From Macrostomum lignano (lineage: Eukaryota): a DNA stretch of 64,000 nt. The notes beneath the pieces were generated by a model that searched no databases, had not been told where the DNA came from, and was given only the letters and a program-made list of their open reading frames with translations. Below, piece by piece: positions 1-12,890 of the stretch. Location: NCBI GenBank assembly GCA_002269645.1, contig NIVC01001746.1, positions 124,001 through 188,000 on the forward strand, written 5' to 3'. The position numbers were made by a program, and so were the translations under genes. The first letter of the stretch is position 1; the number at the start of each line of letters is the position of its first letter.

Positions 1-105
1 AGCGTATTTTTCCCAGTATTCTTTCTCAAATCTCATATCTCACATCAAGCATGTGGTGGTCTCATTCTCTTTCATATAATCTCATCTCATGTGATCTATT
101 GCAAT

Positions 106-772
106 CTCACCTCACATCACCTCACCTCACCTCACCTCACCTCACCTCACCTCCCCTCACCTCACCTCACCTCACCTCCCCTCACCTCACCTCACCTCAC
201 CTCCCCTCACCTCACCTCACCTCACCTCCCCTCACCTCACCTCACCTCACCTCACCTCACCTCACCTCCCCTCACCTCACCTCACCTCACCTCCCCTCAC
301 CTCACCTCCCCTCACCTCACCTCACCTCACCTCACCTCACCTCACCTCACCTCACCTCCCCTCACCTCACCTCACCTCACCTCCCCTCACCTCACCTCAC
401 CTCACCTCACCTCACCTCACCTCACCTCACCTCACCTCACCTCCCCTCACCTCACCTCACCTCACCTCACCTCCCCTCACCTCACCTCACCTCACCTCAC
501 CTCACCTCACCTCACCTCACCTCACCTCACCTCACCTCACCTCACCTCACCTCACCTCACCTCCCCTCACCTCACCTCACCTCACCTCACCTCACCTCCC
601 CTCACCTCACCTCACCTCACCTCACCTCACCTCACCTCACCTCACCTCACCTCACCTCACCTCACCTCACCTCACCTCACCTCCCTCACCTCACCTCACC
701 TCACCTCACCTCCCCTCACCTCACCTCACCTCACCTCACCTCACCTCACCTCACCTCACCTCACCTCACCTC
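106..772. repeat. (CTCAC)n microsatellite
   Basis: Pentamer array with CTCCC variants. Confidence 0.97.
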
Positions 773-1065
773 AGATGGTTGGTTTCTCTATCATCTCACT
801 TCAAAATTATAATGCAAAAAATAACGGATGAGACGTTCCAAAAAATTAATTGGACGACAATACCATTACACGACATTACAAAGACAATAAAAAGTCCAGA
901 GACCGACGCGCCGTACAGACATGGCGTATGATAATAAGTATTCTATTCGTAAGACACAGCCTTGCACCGATCTTGTGACTAAAGTTCAAGTACTTTAAGT
1001 CAAGTAAGACACAACAATAATGCAAGATAAAGCATCTACAAATTCTAAAAACGAGTTTTAATCAA

Positions 1066-4000
1066 TCACATTAGAGCAATTGCCAACTTCCATCGCTCCG
1101 TATTGTAGAGCAAAATTAGCAGACCACCTGAAATACGTGGGTTGGGAGTATAAGACCTAATATCCCTGCATCTCTTAAAACCCCAACCCTGTGTCTTTAT
1201 ATTTACGAACTATCTGTGTAGTCATTGGTACCATCTACTAGAGACCACAATCTACATTTGGCAATCTACAGTCTACAATCTACGTAAAACTACAATCCAC
1301 AATCTACAATTTAAAATCTACAACGTACAATGTACAATCTACAATCCACAATCTAAAATCTACAATCTACAATACACAATACATATTCTACAATCTACTA
1401 TCTACAATCTACAATCTACAAACTGCAATCTACAATCTACAATCTACAATCTACAATCTACAATCTACAATCTACAATCTACAATCTACAATCTACAATC
1501 TACAATCTACAATCTACAATCTACAATCTACAATCTACAATCTACCAACTGCCAGTCGTCAATCTACCCACCAATGCCGGAGGTGACGGCAGTCAGCACC
1601 AGAATGCCAGTCCAGCCGAGCGCCCCGAGGCCGGCTGTGGTCACTGCGGCAATCAGAGCTCCGGCCACCGCCTTAAACAGGAAGACCAGGCCGTAGACTT
1701 GGGCAAACAGCGCGCTGCCGTACAACTTCTCAACCGAGTAGGGGAAGAACACGAACACTCCGGCGAATACAAAATTAACTAAGCAGACGAGGATAAAGTA
1801 GAGCGCAGGGTGCGTCAGCGCTGACAGTGGGGTCAATGCGTGCAGGGCTGCTAAAAGGAGGCCTTGAATTAGGACGCAGACCTGCAACGGTTTGTTAAAT
1901 ATTGTTGCGTCTGAAGCCTTAAGCTTTTTTGTCTGTCGTTTTCAGCGTTGTTGGTTTGGGGGTTGTTGGTCTGAGGGGGGTTGTTGGTCTGAGGGGAGTT
2001 TTTGGTTTGAGGGGGGTTGTTGGTCTGAGGGGGTTGTTGGTTTGAGGGGGTTGTTGGTTTGAGCGGGCTATTGAGTTGGAGGGTTGTTGGCTTGGTGGTT
2101 GTTGGTTTGGGATTGTTGGTTTGGGGTTGTTGGTTTGGGGTTGTTGGTTTGGGGTTGTTAGTTTGAGAGTTGTTGGTTTGAGGGTTGTTGGTTTGGGGTT
2201 GTTGGTTTGGGGGTTGTTAGTTTGAGGGGGTTGTTGGTTTGGGGGTTGTTAGTTTGAGGGGGTTGTTGGTTTTAGGGGGGTTGTTGGTTTGAGGGGGTTG
2301 TTGGTTTGAGAGTTGTTGGTTTGAGGATTGTTGGTTTGGAGGTTGTTGGTCTGAGGGTTGTTCGTTTGAAGGTTGTTGGTTTGGGGGTTGTTGGTTTGGG
2401 GGTTGTTGGTTTGGAGGATTTGTAGGTTGGGGGTGTTGATTTGGGGGTTGTTGATTTGGGGGATTGTTGGTTTCGGGGTTTTGGCATAAAAAACTTTGAC
2501 AAAGAAAGCCGCACGCAACGCAGCTCTCACGCGGAAGTGCAGCCGGTCAATCACAATGCCAGCCACCAATCGGCCGAATGCGTTGAAAGCTCCACCGATT
2601 CCGGCCATGACTGACAGCAGCATGTCGTTCGAGATAAACGTCTCCCCGAAAGCCTGCGCAGTAGGAGTGCGTTAAATGGTTTGGAGTGTGACTTAATAAT
2701 GATTTGGAGTGAGACTTAATGATGGTTTGGAGTGTGACTTAATGATGGTTTGGAGTGGGACTTGATGATGGTTTGGAGTGAGACTTAATGATGGTTTGGA
2801 GTGAGACTTAATGATGGTTTGGAGTGAGACTTAATGATGGTTTGGAGTGAGACTTAATGATGGTTTGGAGTGAGACTTAATGATGGTTTGGAGTGAGACT
2901 TAATGATGGTTTGGAGTGAGACTTAATGATGGTTTGGAGTGAGACTTAATGATGGTTTGGAGTGTGACTTAATAATGGTTTGGAGTGTGACTTAATAATG
3001 GTTTGGAGTGTGACTTAATGATGGTTTGGAGTGTGACTTAATAATGGTTTGGAGTGTGACTTAATAATGGTTTGGAGTGTGACTTAATAATGGTTTGGAG
3101 TGTGACTTAATGATGGTTTGGAGTGTGACTTAATAATGGTTTGGAGTGTGACTTAATGATGGTTTGGAGTGTGACTTAATAATGGTTTGGAGTGTGACTT
3201 AATGATGGTTTGGAGTGTGACTTAATGATGGTTTGGAGTGAGACTTAATGATGGTTTGGAGTGTGACTTAATGATGGTTTGGAGTGTGACTTAATGATGG
3301 TTTGGAGTGTGACTTAATGATGGTTTGGAGTGAGACTTAATGATGGTTTGGAGTGTGACTTAATAATGGTTTGGAGTGAGACTTAATGATGGTTTGGAGT
3401 GAGACTTAATGATGGTTTGGAGTGAGACTTAATGATGGTTTGGAGTGTGACTTAATAATGGTTTGGAGTGAGACTTAATGATGGTTTGGAGTGAGACTTA
3501 ATGATGGTTTGGAGTGAGACTTAATGATGGTTTGGAGTGTGACTTAATAATGGTTTGGAGTGAGACTTAATGATGGTTTGGAGTGAGACTTAATGATGGT
3601 TTGGAGTGAGACTTAATGATGGTTTGGAGTGTGACTTAATAATGGTTTGGAGTGAGACTTAATGATGGTTTGGAGTGAGACTTAATGATGGTTTGGAGTG
3701 AGACTTAATGATGGTTTGGAGTGAGACTTAATGATGGTTTGGAGTGAGACTTAATGATGGTTTGGAGTGTGACTTAATAATGGTTTGGAGTGAGACTTAA
3801 TGATGGTTTGGAGTGAGACTTAATGATGGTTTGGAGTGAGACTTAATGATGGTTTGGAGTGAGACTTAATGATGGTTTGGAGTGAGACTTAATGATGGTT
3901 TGGAGTGTGACTTAATAATGGTTTGGAGTGAGACTTAATGATGGTTTGGAGTGAGACTTAATGATGGTTTGGAGTGAGACTTAATGATGGTTTGGAGTGA

Positions 4001-7000
4001 GACTTAATGATGGTTTGGAGTGAGACTTAATGATGGTTTGGAGTGTGACTTAATAATGGTTTGGAGTGAGACTTAATGATGGTTTGGAGTGAGACTTAAT
4101 GATGGTTTGGAGTGAGACTTAATGATGGTTTGGAGTGTGACTTAATAATGGTTTGGAGTGAGACTTAATGATGGTTTGGAGTGAGACTTAATGATGGTTT
4201 GGAGTGAGACTTAATGATGGTTTGGAGTGTGACTTAATAATGGTTTGGAGTGAGACTTAATGATGGTTTGGAGTGAGACTTAATGATGGTTTGGAGTGAG
4301 ACTTAATGATGGTTTGGAGTGTGACTTAATAATGGTTTGGAGTGAGACTTAATGATGGTTTGGAGTGAGACTTAATGATGGTTTGGAGTGAGACTTAATG
4401 ATGGTTTGGAGTGAGACTTAATGATGGTTTGGAGTGAGACTTAATGATGGTTTGGAGTGAGACTTAATGATGGTTTGGAGTGTGACTTAATAATGGTTTG
4501 GAGTGAGACTTAATGATGGTTTGGAGTGAGACTTAATGATGGTTTGGAGTGAGACTTAATGATGGTTTGGAGTGAGACTTAATGATGGTTTGGAGTGAGA
4601 CTTAATGATGGTTTGGAGTGTGACTTAATAATGGTTTGGAGTGAGACTTAATGATGGTTTGGAGTGAGACTTAATGATGGTTTGGAGTGAGACTTAATGA
4701 TGGTTTGGAGTGAGACTTAATGATGGTTTGGAGTGTGACTTAATAATGGTTTGGAGTGAGACTTAATGATGGTTTGGAGTGAGACTTAATGATGGTTTGG
4801 AGTGAGACTTAATGATGGTTTGGAGTGAGACTTAATGATGGTTTGGAGTGAGACTTAATGATGGTTTGGAGTGAGACTTAATGATGGTTTGGAGTGTGAC
4901 TTAATAATGGTTTGGAGTGAGACTTAATGATGGTTTGGAGTGAGACTTAATGATGGTTTGGAGTGAGACTTAATGATGGTTTGGAGTGAGACTTAATGAT
5001 GGTTTGGAGTGAGACTTAATGATGGTTTGGAGTGTGACTTAATAATGGTTTGGAGTGAGACTTAATGATGGTTTGGAGTGAGACTTAATGATGGTTTGGA
5101 GTGAGACTTAATGATGGTTTGGAGTGAGACTTAATGATGGTTTGGAGTGAGACTTAATAATGGTTTGGAGTGAGACTTAATGATGCTTTGGAGTGAGACT
5201 TAATAATGGTTTGTAGTGTGACTGAGTGGTTCTGCGAGTGTCGGGTTTGAGTGGGTGAAAATTCACTAGCTACCCTAGCAGTAAACAACATCCGGCACCT
5301 TGTCCAAGGAAGGTAGCACAATGCTGGCGGGCGTCAGGAAAAATATGCTTAATCCCATGACAAAGAAAGGCAACGATTGCACGGCCGACTGCAGAGTCCA
5401 TTGTGTAGCAGCCGCCTCTTGCGCTTCCTCGAGGGCTGGGATGGGTGAGTCAGGCTTTGGAGCAGCTTGAGCAGTTCCAGACTCATCAATCAGCATGGTG
5501 CCTTCACCCGCTTGTTGGTCTGATCCTGACTGACTTCTGGCTTCTGGCTTTCTACGGATAAAGCCGATGCACAGAAGCTGAACCGAAGCGTAGATTGCCG
5601 ACATGATGAAGAACGAATGTGGCGTTCGGCTTGTCACCTCGTGCTGTGAAGTTCACGTGTAAGTAATTCTGCATTTTATGCGCTTCGAATTTAAACTAGG
5701 CGTAGCTATATCAGACTTTATAGTTTGGTAGATATTACACTATAAATGGGTAGATCTTACACTATAGATTTGGTAGATGTTACACTATAGATTTGGTAGA
5801 TGTTACACTCGATTTGGTAGATGTTACACTATAAATTTTGTAGATGTTACACTATAGATTTGGTAGATGTTACACGATAGATTTGGTAGATGTTACACTA
5901 TAAATTGGTAGATGTTACACTATAGATTTGGTAGATGTTACACTATAGATTTGGTAGATGTTACACTATAGATTTGGTAGATGTTACACTATAGATTTGG
6001 TAGATGTTACACTATAAATTGGTAGATGTTACACTATAAATTGGTAGATGTTACACTATAGATTTGGTAGATGTTACACTATAGATTTGGTAGATGTTAC
6101 ACGATAGATTTGGTAGATGTTACACTATAGATTTGGTAGATGTTACACTCGATTTGGCAGTTTCGCACAGAGACTGTACGTGTCTGACAATTAGAAAGTT
6201 GGGGCTGCTGTACACCCTATTTGAGTGTGCATGAGTGCGTGCCTGCTTTCAGTATTGACCCGCTTGTGTGTGGTCAGGAGTCAGCGGAGGGAATGGGCAG
6301 AATTGCAAAATTTCAAAGAATTTTCCAACCTGTGAAAAGAGGCGATCATTGCCGATTCTCAAATCCGGTGTCAAATTTTCCGGATTTATTATCTTGGACT
6401 GTATGGGCAGGAAGACAATTGCACCGGCTGCGAAACTGCTCACGAGGATGCCAGTGATCAGGCCTTTGCTGTCGTCTGTCCACTGAAATTTACAAGTTGG
6501 TTCAAGACAAATGAGTCAAACAGTAATAGTACTAAATAGGGTTTATTTCAGGTGTGCCTTAATTAGTTTTAGGTGTATCTTGATTAGTTTTAGGTGTGTC
6601 TGGATTAGTTTCAGGTGTTTCTTGATTAGTTTCAGGTGTGTCTGGATTAGTTCCAGGTGTGTCTGGATTAGTTCCAGGTGTGTCTGGATTGGTTTCAGGT
6701 GTGTCTGGATTAGTTTCAGGTGTGTCTGGATTAGTTTCAGGTGTTTCTTGATTAGTTTCAGGTGTGTCTGGATTAGTTACAGGTGTGTCTGGATTAGTTC
6801 CAGGTGTGTCTGGATTGGTTTCAGGTGTGTCTGGATTAGTTTCAGGTGTGTCTGGATTAGTTTCAGGTGTGTCTGGATTAGTTTCAGGTGTGTCTGGATT
6901 AGTTCCAGGTGTGTCTGGATTGGTTTCAGGTGTGTCTGGATTAGTTTCAGGTGTGTCTGGATTAGTTTCAGGGGTGTCTTGACTTGATTAGTCTCAGGTG

Positions 7001-10000
7001 TGTCTGGACTTGATTGGTCTCAGGTGTGTCTTGATTAGTTTCAGGTGTGCCTTGATGAGTTTCAGGTGTGTCTTGACTTGATTAGTCTCAGGTGTGTCTT
7101 GATTAATTTCAGGTGTGTCTGGATTAGTTTCTGGTGTGTCTGGATTAGTTTCTGGTGTGTCTGGATTAGTTTCAGGTGTGCCTTAATTAGTTTTAGGTGT
7201 GCCTTAATTAGTTTTAGGTGTGTCTTGATTAGTTTCAGGTGTGTCTTGCTGAGTTCAGGTGTGTCTTGACTTGATTAGTCTCAGGTGTGTCTGGATTAGT
7301 TTCGGGCGTGTCTTGACTTGATTAGTCTCAGGTGTGTCTGGATTAGTTTCAGGTGTGTCTGGATTAGTTTCAGGTGTGTCTGGATTAGTTTCTGGTGTGT
7401 CTGGATTAGTTTCAGGCGTGTCTTGACTTGATTAGTCTCAGGTGTGTCTTGATTAGTCTCAGGTGTGTCTGGATTAGTTTCTGGTGTGTCTGGATTAGTT
7501 TCAGGCGTGTCTTGACTTGATTAGTCTCAGGTGTGTCTTGATTAGTTTCAGGTGTGTCTTAATTAGTTTCAGGCGTGTCTTGAATTGATTAGTCTCAGGT
7601 GTGTCTGGACTAGTTTCAGGTGTGTCTGGATTAGTTTCAGGCGTGTCTTGACTTGATTAGTCTCAGGTGTGTCTGGACTAGTTTCAGGTGTGCCTGGATT
7701 AGTTTCATGTGTCTCAACTAGTTTCAGATGTGTCTGGTTTAGTTTCGGATGTGTTTGGATTATTTTCAGGTGTATCTTGATTAGTTTCAGGTGTGTCTGG
7801 ATTAGTTTCAGGTGTGTCTGGATTAGTTTCAGGTGTGTCTCAATTATTTTTAGGTGCGGTGCGTCTTAATTAGTTTCAGATTAGTTTTAGGTTTTAATTA
7901 GTTAATTAGTTTTAATTAGTTTTAGGTGTGTCTTAGTTAGTCATTAATTTCAGATAAGCTAAAACAAACATTCGGAGGTATATAGCCTTAGATACACATA
8001 AAATGTTCAGTTTCCATGACAGCCTCAAAACCGGAAAAACTGAACTGTCAGTAAACCAAGATTAAAATTTTTCTAAGCAACTACTAACAGTAAGCCAGCT
8101 CTCACCGATGTGACGCTCTCCAAAATCAATGCGTACGCGAGGCCTTGTCCGAAACCGAATATTGCTCCGCTAGTCAGAATCACCAGGCCAATTGAAACGG
8201 CTACAGTCAGACCGGTGAGACAGGTGCCCAGGCTGCGGGGTGATGAGCCGGTAGGTGAGTATGCTCAACTAGTAAGCTACCTAGATTCGAAGGGGAGAAC
8301 GCATAGTGCTGAACGGGGTTCCCCCATGGAAAAATTCGTTCGGGGAAAAATCCGCGATAGAGAAATCTGATTTCTCGAGAGCAGGGGTCGGCTTTTACTT
8401 TTTTAAGAGCCGGATAGAGAATCCAGCTCATGGCTGCGGGCCAGCGGAGGGGAGACAGAAGAGGGAATAAAGCCGAGAGAAGAGAGATTAGAGAAAGGAG
8501 AGAGGAGGAGAGAGGAGAGGAAAGGAGAGAGAAGAGAGGAGAGACAAGGAGAGAGGAGAGAGGAGAGGCGAGGAGACAGGAGAGGCGAGGAGGGAGGAGA
8601 GGCGAGGAGAGAGGAGAGGCGAGGAGAGAGGAGAGGCGAGGAGAGAGGAGAGGCGAGGAGGGAGGAGAGGCGAGGAGAGAGGAGAGGCGAGGAGAGAGGA
8701 GAGGCGAGGAGACAGGAGAGGCGAGGAGGGAGGAGAGGCGAGGAGAGAGGAGAGGCGAGAAGGGAGGAGAGGCCAGGAGAGAGGAGAGGAGTAGCAGTAG
8801 AGACGCAGAGGACTCAAAGAGCCCTAGTGCACAAGCGCTCGCAAAAAACTGAGAAGGGAAGGCGCATGGCTTCGATGGGAGTCAGGTACAGAAAGCGCAG
8901 ATCGTATGTAAAAGTTTCAGTGAGGGTCATGGTGCCAGCTCGTCCTCGGCGAAATCCATCCTGAGGTGCAGCATGCAGCCCTGCATTTCAATCGAACCCC
9001 CCCCCCCTTACCTGCTGATGAGGCAGCCGCAGGCGATGCTCCAACGCCTGTCGAACGGCAGTTGAGCGGTCAGGAAGCCGCTAGCGAGCATGCCGAAGCC
9101 CTGAAACAGAGCGGCCACCACGAATACCCACACGACTGTGCCAGTGTTGAGCTTGGAGGCCGCTGCTGATCCGGGATGCGGATCACGGGCTGAAGTTCCA
9201 TTGCTGTTGAGTTGATCAGCTTCTAACAGACGCGACACGATGTAGGGAGATAAGCCGCCTGGGGTAAACATGGAGTAGATTTGAAATTTTGAAAAAGTTG
9301 AACTTATTTAAAACTTTTAACTAAAAAAGAACGCCGAAAAAAACTTGCACTAAAAAGTGGCGCATAAATACACGTGAAGTGATTTCATCTCGCGCTTCAA
9401 TTTAACGGATTTATAATAAATTCATTTACCTTAAATTTGAGAAAAAAATGGCGCCAAAATAAACCCACATAGAGTTTAACTATTGCAAGATATTGGCGCC
9501 AGAATAAACACACTTAGAGTTTAACTATAGTAAGATATTGGCGCCAGAATAAACACACTTAGAGTCTAACTACGGTAAGATATTGGCGCCAAAATAAACA
9601 CACATAGAGTTTAACTATTGCAAGATATTGGCGCCAAAATAAACACATAGAGTTTAACTATAGTAAGATTTTGGCGCCAAAATAAACACACATAGAGTTT
9701 AACTATAGTAAGATTTTGGCGCCAAAATAAACACACATAGAGTTTAACTTTGCCAAGATATTGGCGCCAAAATAAACACATAGAGTTTAGCTACGGTAAG
9801 ATTTTGGCGCCAAAATAAACACACATAGAGTTTAACTATAGTAAGATTTTGGCGCCAAAATAAACCCACATAGAGTTTAACTTTGCCAAGATATTGGCAC
9901 CAAAATAAACACATAGAGTTTAACTACGGTTAGATTTTGGCGCCAAAATAAACACACATAGAGTTTAACTTTAGTAAGATATTGACGCCAGAATAAACAC

Positions 10001-10285
10001 ACTTAGAGTCTAACTACGGTAAGATATTGGCGCCAAAATAAACACATAGAGTTTAACTATAGTAAGATTTTGGCGCCAAAATAAACACACATAGAGTTTA
10101 ACTTTGCCAAAATTTTGGCGCCAAAATAAACACACATAGAGTCTAACTTTGGTAAGATAATGGCGCCAAAATAAACGCACATAGAGTCACTCACCCAAAC
10201 AGTAGTTGGTACCCAATGTTAGCATAACTGCAGCCCCAGAAGTTGCCACGACAACAAACCGCTGTTTATCGTTCAATAAGTCCAT
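1066..10285 (-). CDS. MFS transporter, oxalate:formate antiporter (OFA)-like, 8 exons, ~485 aa
   Basis: Exons 10285-10195, 9258-9012, 8232-8106, 6482-6330, 5643-5299, 2653-2531, 1881-1572 and 1127-1066. All introns are GT-AG with matching phases (1,2,0,0,0,0,1); total 1458 bp ending TGA. The joined protein has ~12 hydrophobic segments and OFA-like motifs (LGTNYCLGGLSPYI, WTDDSKGLITGILVSSFAAG, KAFGETFISND, FNAFGRLVAGIVIDR). Confidence 0.9.
1265..1545. repeat. (CTACAAT)n, MFS intron 7
   Basis: 7-bp tandem array. Confidence 0.95.
1945..2480. repeat. 15-16-bp minisatellite GGGGTTGTTGGTTTG(A), MFS intron 6
   Basis: Tandem array. Confidence 0.93.
2672..5225. repeat. 23-bp minisatellite TTAATGATGGTTTGGAGTGAGAC (~110 units), MFS intron 5
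   Basis: Highly homogeneous array with two main variants. Confidence 0.98.
5722..6157. repeat. 23-bp minisatellite TTTGGTAGATGTTACACTATAGA, MFS intron 4
   Basis: Tandem array. Confidence 0.95.
6545..7935. repeat. 21-bp minisatellite CAGGTGTGTCTGGATTAGTTT, MFS intron 3
   Basis: Tandem array; source of the RCVWISF pseudo-ORFs. Confidence 0.96.
8470..8790. repeat. GA-rich repeat (GGAGA/GGCGA units), MFS intron 2
   Basis: Purine-rich tandem array. Confidence 0.9.
9447..10190. repeat. 43-45-bp minisatellite TGGCGCCAAAATAAACAC(AC)ATAGAGTTTAACTATAGTAAGAT, MFS intron 1
   Basis: Tandem array running to the donor site. Confidence 0.96.
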
Positions 10286-11297
10286 TGTTCTTTTCTGCAT
10301 TTTGTTTATAAGATTTCAGCAAAATTTTAAATGAATCATGTTTGCATGAGCAAACGCATAATCAAGATTCGTTATGTGTAATAAAGAAATTTTTTTCTTT
10401 TCCTCTTTTCTTGTGCTGACTTTGTCTTCTTATTTTATAAGATTTCAAGTTTGCTCAGGGTTCTCGCCTCACATTTTTCGCTGCGAGTAGTTCTCTGTCT
10501 TCCTTTTCTCCTTCTACCCCTGTTCACTCCAACCCCAATACCGTACAATCCATATTTGATTTAGTCCTGTATATTGTACTCACTCTGTCGTACATTGTTA
10601 TTCTTTACTCAGAGCAGGAAGAACCGATCGCAAATAAATCGATATTTACATACAGTGTGTTGATAGTTAAATGTGTACAGCTGCCCTTTAAGTACATTTC
10701 ATATACTTGCCTTGCATTTAGCTCTACTATTTCTTATCCATATGAAGTGTTTTTTGCTTAAATTAGCTTGTAAGATTTCAGAAAAACCTTGCAATGCATA
10801 CTACTGTGCATTTTGAATTGTAAAGGTTGGTTGTTGAAACACTTTATTGGCTTCTAGTAAAAGATGAAAGATTTCAGATAAAGTATTGAAAATGTAAGAT
10901 CGTCTTCTAGTAGACTATAAGTTGGATTGTCTGGTAGATAGCGGTTTGTTAGATCTAATAAATTTCTGTTACTCATTGATGCTTTGTTCCACATCAATTT
11001 TTTTTCTAACTTTAAGATTTTTAACATTTTTCATTCCAGTCTGTTCAGGGCGGTATTCCAGTCAATTCTGCGGCTTTTTTTCAGCTTTATACATAATTGA
11101 GTTAAAAATAGATTATCATTAAGTCAAGGAAGTTAATGGAGGGGTTTATATGGAATAATTATAGTGTCGTAAACAGCTTTCTCTACCGCTTGAATTCCCA
11201 CCGGATGGAATTTCCCTACGCATTTGGATGCAGCTGTGCAACTGACCCGCATATTAAAATATCTTATGACTTTCATCCTAGACAACTGTGAAGAGAT

Positions 11298-11428
<131 letters not shown>

Positions 11429-12142
11429 GGGTGGATGCATGGATGGATACCCAGTATTTTACTTTTCAGTTATGAATAGGATTTTGCAAGGTCCACCCGG
11501 TAATCAGCCGGCCGTAAATTACAAAGTACTGCATACAGACTTTTGCTTTCGACTAAACAATGCATGTACTTGTACAGAGGAAAACTATAATAATACCTCA
11601 GGGAAATGATGGCTACAGATATTGCGTCAGATTCTTGCTAAGATAAAAGTCTACGTAAAGCTATTTATAGACCTAACCTCGATTGTCATCAGTTGGGTGG
11701 CGCAGTGTCATTTAGTCTATAGTCTATGGCAAATATCCGTGCACTTATTGGTTAGTAAAGTCCTTACAAGCATGTTACTTAATAAATGAAAACTGGTGTC
11801 TAAACTGCATCCCCCGCTGACTTCCGTTATTGTGGGTCATAAATTATATCAAGTTATCGATCGACTGAACTGTCTTCTCTTGGACCATCGTCGGATCAAC
11901 GCACTGTGACAGTCACAAACAGTCGGGAGGTGCTTTGGTAAGTTAATTTGATTGGTTTAATTTAAGCATGACAATAAAGACAGTGAATAGCTAACATACA
12001 CAGGTTAAGCGGAGTTGTCCAAACAAAAAAAGTTTTTTCTCAGATTGAAATGAAGGTTCAATTGTAGGGAATCGAATGTTTCGCCAACGGCAGCAGGAGC
12101 TGAAGACGACAAAAAACTCATTCCTTCAAATGCATTTAATAG

Positions 12143-12435
12143 GTGCCTTGAAATGGGATGAGGGTTGCCTTGAAATGGGATGAGGGTTGCCTTGAAATGG
12201 ACTGAGGGTTGCCTTGAAATGGGATGAGGGTTGCCTTGAAATGGGCTGAGAGTTGCCTTGAAATTGACTGAGGGTTGCCTTGAAATGGGCTGAGGGTTGC
12301 CTTGAAATAGACTGAGGGTTGCCTTGAAATTGACTGAGGGTTGCCTTGAAATGGGCTGAGAGTTGCCTTGAAATAGACTGAGGGTTGCCTTGAAATAGAC
12401 TGAGAGTTGCCTTGAAATAGACTGAGGGTTGCCTT
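12143..12435. repeat. 22-bp minisatellite GAGGGTTGCCTTGAAATGGGAT
   Basis: Tandem array upstream of the phosphatase. Confidence 0.94.
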
Positions 12436-12890
12436 GTTGGATTGTGGTCGCATGGATTAAAAAAGGAACTTGACGTGCGTCAAAGAAACAAATTAAAAGC
12501 GCTTCGTCAGTGTCCGAGATTCTGATGTTTGACGAGGATATCGTGCTTAGTTAGTTCAATTTTAAGGTCAGCCTTAATAGTAAGCTATAAACTCAGTCCT
12601 GCTTCTGTGTTGATGCGAGCAACCAGTGGGTGGATAATAGCAATGATTGGACCATTTTTAATAATTATCTGTGATCACAGGCCAAAATCCCTGCTAGAAA
12701 CAAGCCCGCTAGAACCGCCTCCAGCTGACTAATTGCAAAATATTTTTTGCCAAATTTCGCAGAGGCGATGCCCAGGTGCGCGGACGGCGACAATCCGGTG
12801 GCCAAAATCAAGGTAGCCCGTTGGCAATTTTGAGACGTTGGCAAGGGACCAACCGACCGACAATTGCTGAGCAGGCAGAGGCAGCGCCGT

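Noticed and set aside
51-831. Long ORFs over tandem repeats (also 6511-6987, 8430-8852, 14459-15079, 22910-24082, 28350-29012, 29464-30069, 33284-33965, 42806-43558)
   Set aside because: Stop-free by virtue of repeat periodicity; open in several frames and strands; no domain content.
2672-5225. CRISPR-like regular repeats here and in other arrays
   Set aside because: Units are head-to-tail with no unique spacers, there are no cas genes, and the context is a eukaryotic intron.
11690-11715. tRNA/SINE A-box-like GGTGGCGCAGTG (and B-box-like GGATTTGAGTCCC near 18523)
   Set aside because: No paired box at the right distance and no cloverleaf; no tRNA gene can be supported.
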